From the NCBI GenBank assembly GCA_037441845.1, contig JBBIRK010000002.1, positions 286,854-350,853 on the forward strand: 64,000 nucleotides of DNA. The letters are read 5' to 3'. The notes below the pieces were generated by a model, which searched no databases, was not told the origin of the DNA, and was given only the letters and a program-made list of their open reading frames with translations. The translations under genes were made by a program, and so were the position numbers. This document shows, one piece after another, positions 8,569-19,100 of this stretch (position 1 is its first letter; each line of letters begins with the position of its first letter). Source of the DNA: Candidatus Zixiibacteriota bacterium (lineage in GTDB: Bacteria > Zixibacteria > MSB-5A5 > UBA10806 > 4484-95).

Positions 8569-10974
8569 TTATTTTATGTTTATTTCAAACGGCATTCTGT
8601 AAAACGCAAATTCGCCATCGGCCAGCGAGAGATGGATAGGCAGGGCCAATCTGGAGATGCCGAGGGCGGTCAGATCGCTTTCGAGAGATCCCACTCCGAA
8701 GGACAAGCGAAATCCATAGCGCGGATAGATGTCGTATTCTATCGGTTGTCCGGGATGGGGTCGAGCCAGCGACTCGGCCAGTTTCAGGGCGTCGAGCAAG
8801 CCTCCCTCTCGGCCGGCCAGGCCGGCTGAGACAGCATCTCGACCGGACCAGACTCTTCCCTGTCCGAGAGAATCGACGCGTTCAGGAGTCATGCCACGCC
8901 ATCGGGAGACCTTGGCGATGAACTCATCGTAAAGCCAATTTATTTCGCTTAACACCAATTCGCGTTCGTCATCTTCGAGCTTTCGCCATGAGGAACGGAT
9001 ATCGGCGTGTCGGCCTCGTTTTATGATCGTTTTATTCGCTCCGATTTTTCGATAAAGGCCGCGATCGACGAGTTTGCCGACGACCACACCTATGGAGCCG
9101 GTGATACACGGCGAGGGGACGATAATCTCATCGCCGATGCAGCCGATATAATATCCACCCGAAGCGCAAACATCGGCCATCGAGACTACAAGCGGCTTTT
9201 TCCCTTTCAGCTTTTCCAATTGGTGGTAGATGGCATCGGCGGTTTCGACTTCGCCGCCCGGGGAATCTATGCGGAGCACGATGGCACCCACACGTTTGTC
9301 ATCGGCGGCGGCTTTTACGGCCTTCGCTATTGTTTCCTGACCCATGGTATTGCCGAACAAGGGGCTTTGTTTATTTTCGCGGCCGGTCATTTCGCCGGTG
9401 GCGTTGATTACGGCGATGCGCATGGGGTCGCCCCAGTAGTTTGTCGCGCGCGGTGGTTCGGGGCGGCCGATCAAGTCGACGATGCCGGAGTTTCGGCCGA
9501 AATACCTGGCTTTATTTTCGGTCAGTTCATCGGGATAGATCAAGCCCGAGACAAGACCCTGATTCAACGCTCGTTCGGCGCCATAAGGGCCGTTGTCGAT
9601 TATTTCGCGGACGCGGTCTTCGGTCAGGCCTCGGCCGGCGGCGATATCGGTGATCATGATATCGAAGAAATCATCGAGGAGGGCGTTTATCTGGATGCTG
9701 TCGCCTTCGGAAATATCCTCACGGGTAAGAATTTCGCCGGCGGTTTTGAATTTGCCGGTGCTCATGAATTCGGCCTCGAGGCCGAGCTTGTCGAGCGTGC
9801 CTTTCAGGTGAAGCAGTTCGGCGCGCAATCCACATAGTTCGAGCGCGGCGACCGGCGGCATGTAGATTTCATCGGCCACCGAGGCGATATAGTATTCTTT
9901 ATTGCCGGCGGAATGCAAATAGGCGATCAGTTTGCGTCCCGATTTTTTGAATTCGGCGAGGGCGCGACGTAATTCCCAGGCGGAGGCGAAACCGAGCGGA
10001 AAGGATTCGATATCGAGTAGAAGCGAACCTATTTTTTTATCGGCGGAAGCCTCCCTCAGCGTCTGCAGCGTCTCCAAAAATGAGATCGGCCGCGGACCGA
10101 ACAGCTTCTTCCCTCTGGGTTCATGGTAAAGATTGCGGTTTATTTTAAGGCGTCCGATTTTACGGTGATATGGAAGGGTTCTGGAACTTGCCACCGGCCC
10201 CTGATTGTAGTAGATGGTTCCGCCGGTGAAATCGCTTTCGTGGAAACCGGAGCTGAAGCCGACCGAAGATTGTTCGATTGCGAAGGTGATTCCGGCCTGG
10301 ACCATGCCGTCGGTTCGGTATAGGGCGGCCAAGCTGACACCCGCTTTCGGCGCCGCCTCTATCTTGAGACTGAATCGCGTCTTTTCGAGAGGGAAATTTT
10401 CCCGCAGGCTCGCATCGGAACTCAGGGTTAATTTTTCGCCGAACGGACGCAAACCGAGCCCGAGAGTGTACAGACGTTCCAACCGCTGGAAATCGATAAT
10501 CGGCCGATTGATATCATCGACCACCAACCCCAAAGAAAGCACCGGCAGGGGTCGATATAGAACTCCGCTTTTCCAGACCCGTTTATTGCGGTAACTTTCG
10601 CTTTTGCCGCCGAACCAGGAGTAGGAAATTCCCCAATAAAAATCGGGGAACATGCGGGCGCCGCTGGCAAGGACGTACTTGCGCCGGAAAATTCCATTGG
10701 AATGTTTGAGCCACTGAGCGGAAACCAAAAGCCCGCGCATGCCGAAAATGAAGCCGTCGTCGCCTTTTAATGTCGAATCGGGAAAGGCGTGGAGGTAGCG
10801 GAATCCGATCACGTATTCGGGAGCCAGCGCGGCAGGATTGATCAGGCCCGCGGAAATATCGTTCACGGTCGCCACCGATTGGGGGTAAATATCGATTTCA
10901 GCATCGGGCTGGGCCGATAGAGACGTCGGGATGATCAGGCAAGAGAAGAGCAATAAGGCGGCAATAAACCTCAC
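8569..10974 (-). CDS. sppA: signal peptide peptidase SppA (67K type) with ~280 aa N-terminal beta-rich extension
   Basis: Two ClpP/crotonase-like SppA repeats (LLLDIESFPLG...; IVLRIDSPGGEVETADAIY...CASGGYY...SIGVV) preceded by a signal peptide and an uncharacterised domain. Confidence 0.8.
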   Translation of the reverse strand: MRFIAALLLFSCLIIPTSLSAQPDAEIDIYPQSVATVNDISAGLINPAALAPEYVIGFRYLHAFPDSTLKGDDGFIFGMRGLLVSAQWLKHSNGIFRRKYVLASGARMFPDFYWGISYSWFGGKSESYRNKRVWKSGVLYRPLPVLSLGLVVDDINRPIIDFQRLERLYTLGLGLRPFGEKLTLSSDASLRENFPLEKTRFSLKIEAAPKAGVSLAALYRTDGMVQAGITFAIEQSSVGFSSGFHESDFTGGTIYYNQGPVASSRTLPYHRKIGRLKINRNLYHEPRGKKLFGPRPISFLETLQTLREASADKKIGSLLLDIESFPLGFASAWELRRALAEFKKSGRKLIAYLHSAGNKEYYIASVADEIYMPPVAALELCGLRAELLHLKGTLDKLGLEAEFMSTGKFKTAGEILTREDISEGDSIQINALLDDFFDIMITDIAAGRGLTEDRVREIIDNGPYGAERALNQGLVSGLIYPDELTENKARYFGRNSGIVDLIGRPEPPRATNYWGDPMRIAVINATGEMTGRENKQSPLFGNTMGQETIAKAVKAAADDKRVGAIVLRIDSPGGEVETADAIYHQLEKLKGKKPLVVSMADVCASGGYYIGCIGDEIIVPSPCITGSIGVVVGKLVDRGLYRKIGANKTIIKRGRHADIRSSWRKLEDDERELVLSEINWLYDEFIAKVSRWRGMTPERVDSLGQGRVWSGRDAVSAGLAGREGGLLDALKLAESLARPHPGQPIEYDIYPRYGFRLSFGVGSLESDLTALGISRLALPIHLSLADGEFAFYRMPFEINIK

Positions 10975-11046
10975 CGAAAAACCTCCTTCAAGTATTTCGA
11001 CGCATTGGCTGCAAGTTACGGCGGCGACATTGCTGGGTCAACAGCT

Positions 11047-12186
11047 TTATCGACCGGATAGATTTATTTCGCCGATGCCATCGACGGTGATTTCGATTAA
11101 AGATCGACCGTCTCCGATGATTCCCTCAAGATGATTCCGGTCCAGTGAGATCGGTTTTATGGGGAAGCCACGGGTATGGATTCTGCCTCCCCGATCGACC
11201 GCCAAGGAAACCTTGGCGGAAACGTTCTGGGGTAAAGTTACATTGATATTGCTGTAAGTGTTGTTAATCGAAAGCTGGGCATCGTCGAGGGAGGCGATAT
11301 CGACATCGATGGTCGAGTATTTGGTTTCGATATAGTTTTCGCCGCGGGATAGATTAAGGCGGCGAAGATCAATGGTGTTGTAGCTGGTTTCGCAGATCAA
11401 TTCGCCTTTTACATCTGCGGAACTGATGCTGCCGTAGCTGGTGCGCAAAATGACGTCGCCGTCTCCGGCGTCGACCCGGAAAATCTTGATGTCGTTGTAA
11501 CTGGTGTTGACCTCTATTGATCCCTTGATATTCCTCAATTCGACCGGGGCGTAAGAGGTGGAGAAGGAACCGCGGGCGCCGCGCAATTCGATATCGGAGG
11601 CTTCGATTCCGGAAAAGCCGGCCTCGATATTGATCGTGCCGACGATTCGCGATAACTCGATTTTCGAATAAGAGGTGTTAATATCGACCTGGCCGTTGAC
11701 CTCGCTGACCGAGACATCGCCGTATTCGTTGCCGATAAAGGCGCCGCTTAAAGGCCCGGTCAATTTGACCGTGCTGAACGAGCTTTTCGAATCAACTAGG
11801 AAATTCAGCGGCACGTTCACGAGGAGTTTGACTCCGACGCCTTGATTGGTGCCCTCCCAGGGGGCCTTTGCGGGAGTGAGCACCCGCAGGCGCAGACCAT
11901 CGGGAAGACGGGCTTCATCATCGAGTCTGATATCGATCAACTCGGAGTAACCTCGGCAGTCTCCGGATCCGGCTTTGCACCAGGTTTCGAATTCGACGCT
12001 GACGGTCGATTGGGAACGGGCGCGGACGATTATTTCGCAACTGAGATTTCCCGGGGTGCGGATTTCGAGGGCGGTTTTGCCGCCGGCGGGTATGTCGATA
12101 TTGCCGTTTTCTATGATCGTTTTCTGGGCCGATGCGGCGGCGACCAGCAATATGGTCAAGAATATTATTCGCAACGATTCGTTCAT
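11047..12186 (-). CDS. DUF4097-type beta-strand repeat protein (putative adhesin)
   Basis: Signal peptide, then at least seven ~20-aa repeats with an (N/E)TSY..I core: NTSYSKIELSRI, STSYAPVELRNI, NTSYNDIKIFRV, ETSYNTIDLRRL ... Confidence 0.65.
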   Translation of the reverse strand: MNESLRIIFLTILLVAAASAQKTIIENGNIDIPAGGKTALEIRTPGNLSCEIIVRARSQSTVSVEFETWCKAGSGDCRGYSELIDIRLDDEARLPDGLRLRVLTPAKAPWEGTNQGVGVKLLVNVPLNFLVDSKSSFSTVKLTGPLSGAFIGNEYGDVSVSEVNGQVDINTSYSKIELSRIVGTINIEAGFSGIEASDIELRGARGSFSTSYAPVELRNIKGSIEVNTSYNDIKIFRVDAGDGDVILRTSYGSISSADVKGELICETSYNTIDLRRLNLSRGENYIETKYSTIDVDIASLDDAQLSINNTYSNINVTLPQNVSAKVSLAVDRGGRIHTRGFPIKPISLDRNHLEGIIGDGRSLIEITVDGIGEINLSGR

Positions 12187-12226
12187 CGGTTTTATCCGCT
12201 CCGTTATGGTATACGGATGTCGAAAA

Positions 12227-13171
12227 TCAACGGTTTCGCTTATTTACCCCTATTTCGGGATCGTAAACGAAACGCACCAGCGTCCTACCCACTTCCCCGA
12301 GACTCGATTCGGAGCATTTGTCCGGGGTATCGGCGAGAGTATGCCAGAAAGGATAATCCATGTCAATAATATCTATGGCGGGGAAACCGGCCTGCAGAAA
12401 CGGGACGTGGTCATCGAGGACGGTGTGTTTGACATCATCGAAAAAATGAGCGGCGTTTTCGATCTTAGCGGCTTTCCAGAATTTATCGACGAGCCATCGC
12501 GCGTGCGTATTCGAATAATATTCGCGGTGAATTTGCAAATCGCTGTCGCCGATCATGTCGAGAAGAATCACCGCGGAGGGCCTATAACCGCCTATATTCC
12601 GAACGAAGTATTTACTGCCGAGCAACCAACCTTCAGGGTAGTCGTCGCGTCCATAGTCTTCACCATCGAAAAACACGATATCGACGCCTATCGGGGGCCT
12701 ATGGAATTTCATGATTTCGGCCATGACCAGCAGGACCGCCACGCCCGAGGCGGCATCATTGGCACCGAGCACGGGCTGTCGGTGCAGAGACGTATCGGAC
12801 TCTTTGTCGGCCCGGGGGCGGCAGTCCCAGTGGGCGCAGAAAAGGATTCTGGTTTTATGTTCGGGGTTGAACGAGGCGATCAGGTTGGTCAAGCGAAGCG
12901 TATCGTTTTTCTTGTTATCGATATGAATAAATTGCTGCCGACGGCAGATCGGCGTTGTTTCTTGTAGCTTTTGCAGAAGGTATTCGCGGCATCGGTCATG
13001 CGCCGGGCTGTTGGGTGTGCGGGGACCGAAAGCGCATTGTTGTTCGATATATTCGAAGGCGCGTTTAGAATCGAACGAAGGCAGCCGAGGATGCGAACAG
13101 GCAAGCGGAAAAGCGGCCAGCGCAAGGAATACCGCGGCTGCGACCGCGCTTAAAATCTTAATTCGGTCCAT
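12227..13171 (-). CDS. M28 family peptidase / glutaminyl-cyclase-like
   Basis: GANDAASGVAVLL, FFDGEDYG and DDHVPF motifs. Start moved to MDRIKILSAV (signal peptide); the track ORF carries a 58-codon spurious extension. Overlaps the sprA stop by 22 nt. Confidence 0.8.
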   Translation of the reverse strand: MDRIKILSAVAAAVFLALAAFPLACSHPRLPSFDSKRAFEYIEQQCAFGPRTPNSPAHDRCREYLLQKLQETTPICRRQQFIHIDNKKNDTLRLTNLIASFNPEHKTRILFCAHWDCRPRADKESDTSLHRQPVLGANDAASGVAVLLVMAEIMKFHRPPIGVDIVFFDGEDYGRDDYPEGWLLGSKYFVRNIGGYRPSAVILLDMIGDSDLQIHREYYSNTHARWLVDKFWKAAKIENAAHFFDDVKHTVLDDHVPFLQAGFPAIDIIDMDYPFWHTLADTPDKCSESSLGEVGRTLVRFVYDPEIGVNKRNR

Positions 13172-16100
13172 ATACCGAGCTCGCGGATGTGCCTTTTGCG
13201 TTGCTGGATTTTGTCGTTGGAATCGACCCAGCGGGCCTGGAGACCGCCGGTGATTTTGGCGGAGAAGCGATAAGATGCTTTGGGTTCGACGCTGGTTTCC
13301 ACACGATCGGATTCGACCGTTTTCAGGGCATTTTGAATCGACCAATTTTTATTGAATCGTTTGTTATAGTCGAGCGAAAGAGTCAATTGGCTTTCGAATT
13401 TCAGTTTGCCGAATATCGGGATATTGATTCCCCGTGGAGCGGTGAGCGAATACCCGAGGGATATTCTTATGGTGCGATCCTGCGAATAGCTGGTACGTTG
13501 ATTGATCCCCTCGCTGCGAAGGTTCTCCGATTTTCTCTTGTTGAAGTCGTAGCGGGCGGTGATACGAACTTCCTTGGGGAGAGTGGCATTGACCGCCAAC
13601 AGCGGCGTATAGGAATCGGCGACGTTGCGGCTGTATTTCTGGTCGGTATCGGCATGACCGGATTTATCGATTTTACGGGCGTAATTCGACTGCATGGTGG
13701 CGGTTTTGGCGAATTTTTTGAACAGAGGGAACTTTTCGACGCCCGAGATATTGACATCGATTCTCGGGAAATCGAGCGAGGTGTTTTTGACCGGGTCGGT
13801 GGTGGTTCGGGTTATGCCGACCCGGAATTTATAGGAAACTCCGATATCGACACCGGTTAAGGGAGCCAGTCCCGATCCGATCGAATAATCCTGGTTGTAG
13901 ATTTTTTGTTCGCGCGTTCCCAGGCCGATTACGGTGTTTTTGGGAACGCCCGGGTCATCGGCGAAACCGAGCGTATACTTCCAATCAGGTCTTCTATAGA
14001 GGCCGGATTGGTTCATTTTTTTATCGAAAGTGTAGCCCAAAGTCAGCGGTTTTATGGAGCGGATGGTGTTCAGGGCCGGTTTGAAAATTTTGAGTGGATT
14101 GGGCAATTTGAACGGTTTGCCGGGCTTTTTCTTTTCGGGACTGAATTCTTCGGCCTCTTCCTGCTCGCCCTGCTCTTTGTCGTTTTTCTCGCCCGGCGCG
14201 GCTTTGGGCGCAGCTGGGGCTTTGCCCGCACCACGCTTTTTCAGGCCGAGAATGTCGAAAATGTCGAGGCTCAAGTCGCCCCGCAATGTGGCCCCCACTT
14301 GAGAAGTTTTCGTAGTGTCGATACTGCGGGCGAAATCGGAATTGTCGGAGTAATTGGAATTGTACTGGAATCTGGGCGCAATCTTGCTGGTAAGCCGCGG
14401 CGAAAAGGAGACATCGAAACGTTGGCTGAAGGTTCTTTCGCGGCCGAGTTTGATGTCGCGTGGATCGTAGGCGAATTTGAGGGTGGCCGGATCGCTTATA
14501 TCGCGATTGCTGGTCATGGAGAAGCTGGTTTTCAGACTGCTGAACAAATCGAAACCGTAATTTTGCGTAAGCGCGAGGTCACGCACATAGGAGGAGGTTC
14601 GGATTCCCCGCTGGTTGACGGAAAAACTTCGGGTGCTGTTGACCGTGCCGTCGAATTTCAAAGTGGTCGGCAGAAAAGACAACTGCGCCGAATGGATACC
14701 CGAGGGCATAAAGAGATATTTGGTCCAGTAAAAAGGTTTTATGGTCGGGCGCGACCGGGGAGCAAGATCGTAAGAGCCGGTGGCGTTGTAAGTGGTAGTG
14801 CGGCTCAAGGGCGTGGTGGGATTCAGGCTGGATTGTTTTCCATAGGTGCCGCCGATGGTGAATCTGTTCAGGGTCCAGGCCCAGAGCCAATTGTTGGTAT
14901 TGCGGCGGAATTGCTCTCTGGCGGAAACCGACCACGAGCGGCTCTCCGATTTATAAAATTCCCGCAGGTCTGCCGGGAGAATAATATCCGAGCTGGGCAT
15001 TAGGCGCGGCAGCTGGCGGCTTTGCTGCCAGTTGTAAGTTATGGGCAATTTCAATTGCCATGACGGCGGGGCGATTTTATCGACATTGATGGTGGCGCTG
15101 ACCGATTGAGTTGTCGAAAGCGAACCGCCCGGCTTTTTGTCGAGCAATCTGACATAATCGGCGCCCTGGCGGTTGTAGTTGGCGTTGATATTCACGAAAT
15201 CAGCCAGGCCGACCGTGATACCGAGCCTTCCGGCGAAATCGGAATTGCGTCGGACGCCGGTGACGCGCAATTCATCGCACCAGACTTCGCCCGATACGGT
15301 CTGCGTATCCGCGACCAGACTGTCGTTGTAAACCCCGATTACGAAGCAGCGGATGCTCGAAAGGCTCGGATTTCCTTTTACCAGATAGGGCCCTTCCTGA
15401 TAGGCGATCGAATCGGGATGGTCGGCCGGACGCCGCGTTTTGAGAGCGGTCAATTCGGCGAAATCGATATCGACATGGTTGCCGTCAGCCCAGCCATCGG
15501 ACAACACCGTTTGATATTCGTAGTAATTGTTGCGGGAAGTGTCCACTCCCATCCGGAAAAAGAATTTCAGACGTCCGCCATCCGCGGAGTTATCGCCGTG
15601 TACGAACATTTTCATGCTCGAATAAAGGGTATAGTCCTCGGGCTGATAAAGATACCAGTAGGCGCGCACGCTTTGGCCGGGGCTCAGATTTTCGTAGCGT
15701 AGGACCAGGGATTGTTCCTTTTCGACGACGCCCGTTTCGCGATTGGATTGGGCGATTACTCCAGGCGGCGAGGTATAGCCGATATTTTCCTGAGTGTTCT
15801 TGACGGTAACCTCGAACGTTATGTTCGATTCTTCCGGACGCAGGGGAGCTTTGCGCCATTTGTTGCCGACTAGTTGTATCGAGGCGAGTTTGAGCAGATA
15901 CTGCTGCGATGCTCCCGAAATCCACAATCTGACGAATTTGATCTGCGAGAAATCACTCAGATTGGCGTTGCCGACCGAGGTGAACGCGGTGCTGTCCTGC
16001 AGAGGAATACGCAGCAATTTCCAGCCGGTTCGGGTGGAATCGGCGATTACGGTGTCGGGTTCCAAGAGGTTCACCGTATAGGAGAAGTAGGAATTCACCA

Positions 16101-19100
16101 GATCGGTGTAGGTATTGTTGTTGATATCCTCGGTGTCGAAACGATTGAGCCGATCGGGGTCGTTGCGGTTCCCCTCGGTGCCGTTGATACGGGAAAAATC
16201 GTTGCGTTCGGCGTTGGTGCCGGTTTTATACGACCAGTCGTCGCCGTTGGGATCGGGGTTGGCGGCCTGATCGAAACCGGGTTCCTGCGGGTTGGGCAAT
16301 CCATCGAGCCCGACGTCTTCGTTTTGTTCGAAAATGCCGTTGCGATTGAAGTCTTCGGTAAAGGGAACGGACGAACCGTCGCCGTCGAGATCCTCGCTGA
16401 TCTTGCCTATATCGATATGGAATAGAGGATGGTCGAGGCCGTCGTAAGTGGTATCGGGTTGATACCAGATCTCGATGAACTGGGTGAGCGATTGATCGTT
16501 CATTCCGGAGAAGAGCGGGCGCATAATGCCGGACCAGGCGGCTTGGGGATTGAGAATGGTGTCGGAATTGGGGCTGTATCTGAGAATCAAGACGTCGGTG
16601 CGATTGTCCTGGTCGCGCACCGAGCGATCGGGCCAGATATCGGTGAGCAGATAAGGAGTGTATGGGTTATACCACCACAATTTGCGTTTGGCGGCCAGAT
16701 TCATGCCGACCGGCGGCGAAGCCGTGGTCCAAATGCCACGGCGGGTCATCAGATCGGTATAGTCGCGGGAGCCCTCGAAATCGTCGATATAGGCGTCGTT
16801 ACGAAGATTGGGATTGGGAAAGCTTTGGGCGACTTCGCCGGAGATATCGATTCGGGAAGCGGTTTCGGTTTCGATGAAGGGCAGGAAATCGACCGCCCGA
16901 GTGAGAACCTTCGGCGCGAAGCCGAATATGAAGTTGGAGTCCCAGATCATGGAGCTGCGCGGTTCGCGACCTACCCGCGGGCGATATTCTCTGGCTGATT
17001 CCTTGCGATACATCCCGGCCCAGGACAACCAGGATTTGTCGTTGATATTGTATTTGGCGGAAAGGCCGAAAAATGATTTTTTCTCGGCGAGGAAAAACGG
17101 CGCATATTCGAAATCGATGCTAACGTTGTTGGTGGGATTAAGGGCTTCCTGGTTTATGAATGTAATCTGGCCGAGATCGTAATTTATGCTGTAATCGACG
17201 CCCCGTTGCAGGGTTTGACCGTTGCCCATGCGCACCACCTCGGAGTTTTCGATGATATTGGTGCGGCCGAGGCTGAACGTGGTCGATCTTTTGGACGATT
17301 TCACGTAAATGTAATAGGTTTGGTTATTGGCGCGGCTGGAGTTGTCATAGGGCAAATCGTAAATCAAGGGATTGCGCGTGTTGAGGACGGGCGAATCGAA
17401 GGGACGCGCCATAGGGAAAATCAAGTGTCCGCGGCCGGCATCGATAACGGTGCTGACGAAATCGAACTGGCAGTCCGGCGTGCGGGCGCGGGTCGAGTTG
17501 TTTAGGCTGTCGAGGCCGAGCAACGTGATATAGCAAATCTGATTTTGATCGGTGGTGTCGGTGTTAAGGTCGCCATGGCCCTTATATATCTGCAATTCGA
17601 ACCCGGCTTCGGTGAGGTCTCTTCCTCTGAGGTCATAGACGTTGCGCCATTCGAGATCCCAAGTCGAGAAGGACGAATCCGGGTTGATTGCCTTGATAAG
17701 TTTGAGCACCAACGTATCGCCGCGCAGGTTCCCCTCTCGCAGTGTATCGTAAGGCGCGTTTTTGCGGACATATTCGATATAGGCGGCAAGAAAGTCGCCG
17801 GTTTGGTCGCTGATAGGCTGATGCAGGGTGATGAACCAACCCGCCCGATTGAGATCGAAGTCGTTGTCGTTGAGCCGCAGCATATGGCTCTGCACAAATT
17901 CGCTTCGGCTTTGTTCCTGCTGGGTCTCGTAGTAAAGGGTATCGTTGCCGCCGGTTTCGTCCGGGTTCGGGCCGTAATGAGGATCGACGCAGGCTTTGCC
18001 GTAGGCGTCATGCTGAGTCGGCTGGGGACCGCCTTTGCGATAAAGTACCACGCGCAAGAGAGAATCGGTGGCGGGATTGAATTCGTTCGGGCGTCCCAGC
18101 CAGAAATAGACGTTATGCAGGTAGGCGTAATCATAGATGGTATCTTGTGAGCCCTGGGCACCGGCTTGAAAAGTCGCTTTTTCGGACGCTCCTTTTTCCT
18201 GGGAGGTTATCATCGTCAATTCCGTATTACCCACTTTGGCGGTGGCTTTGATGCCGAACAATCCCTGGACGTTTTGGGAGAAACCGATCAACTGCGCGTT
18301 CGGCAGCGACAGGTTGGTATTTCCGGCCTCGACCGTCTGCAGTATTTCGTCTTCCCCGCCCTTATAGCGCAGTTTAAGCGTGTTGGCCAACTCCTGATCG
18401 CGATTGGAGTCCTGATCGACCTCGATGCTCAGCTTGGAGCCTATGTCGCCCTTGATTTTAAAACGCGAGGTCTGCTCCATGTGCAGAGAGGGGAATTTCG
18501 ATTGTTTGAAGGTACCGGTATTGACGAGATTATCTTCCCATTCTGATCGCCCGGAGAAAGCGATTCGTCGGGAGCCGGTGACGGTGATGCGCGGGCCGCC
18601 TTCGCCGATAATGGAGCGGACCGATTTGGGAACATTGCCGATATTTATCGGGATCTGGATCCCCTCCGCTGCCTTGGGCTTGCTTTGCGTGCCGCTGAAA
18701 CCGGCCATTTCAGCGGCCCATTGTTTGCGCAGATAATTTTCGGAAGAACTTCTGACGTAACTGTCGAAATCGACGGCGATCGGATTATAAACGGCGAATT
18801 TGCCGAAACTGCGGGTGAGACGGACATAATCGATAGAACCGGTGACATCGACCCGCCATTTCAATTTTATCAGGTCGAACTTCAGGATATAGCAATCATC
18901 TTCGATCAGGGACAACCCGCCCGGAAAATTCCGAAGCAACGGCGGAGGAGCGTATGGATTATTATATTTCAGCCTGACGACGAATTCATTATCGGCCGCA
19001 AATGCCGATACGCACCACGTCGTCAGCGCAAGTAAGAATCCCGCAAGCGAGAAGAGCAAATTGGTTCGTTTCAGAGACAAACGAGCTCCACTTAAAATCA

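Noticed and set aside
13172-13345. 58-codon N-terminal extension of the M28 peptidase ORF overlapping sprA
   Set aside because: The extension is R/Q-rich and unstructured. A signal peptide starts at the internal Met (MDRIKILSAVAAAVFLALAA), which is the plausible start.
13906-15003. 365 aa plus-strand ORF antisense to sprA, and similar long antisense ORFs: 23477..25039 (-), 28880..30121 (+), 30806..32056 (-), 39578..40576 (-), 54631..55749 (+), 56053..57036 (+)
   Set aside because: All lie entirely inside well-supported genes on the opposite strand, are R/G/P/A-rich and low-complexity, and have no recognisable motifs. They are typical high-GC antisense artefacts.
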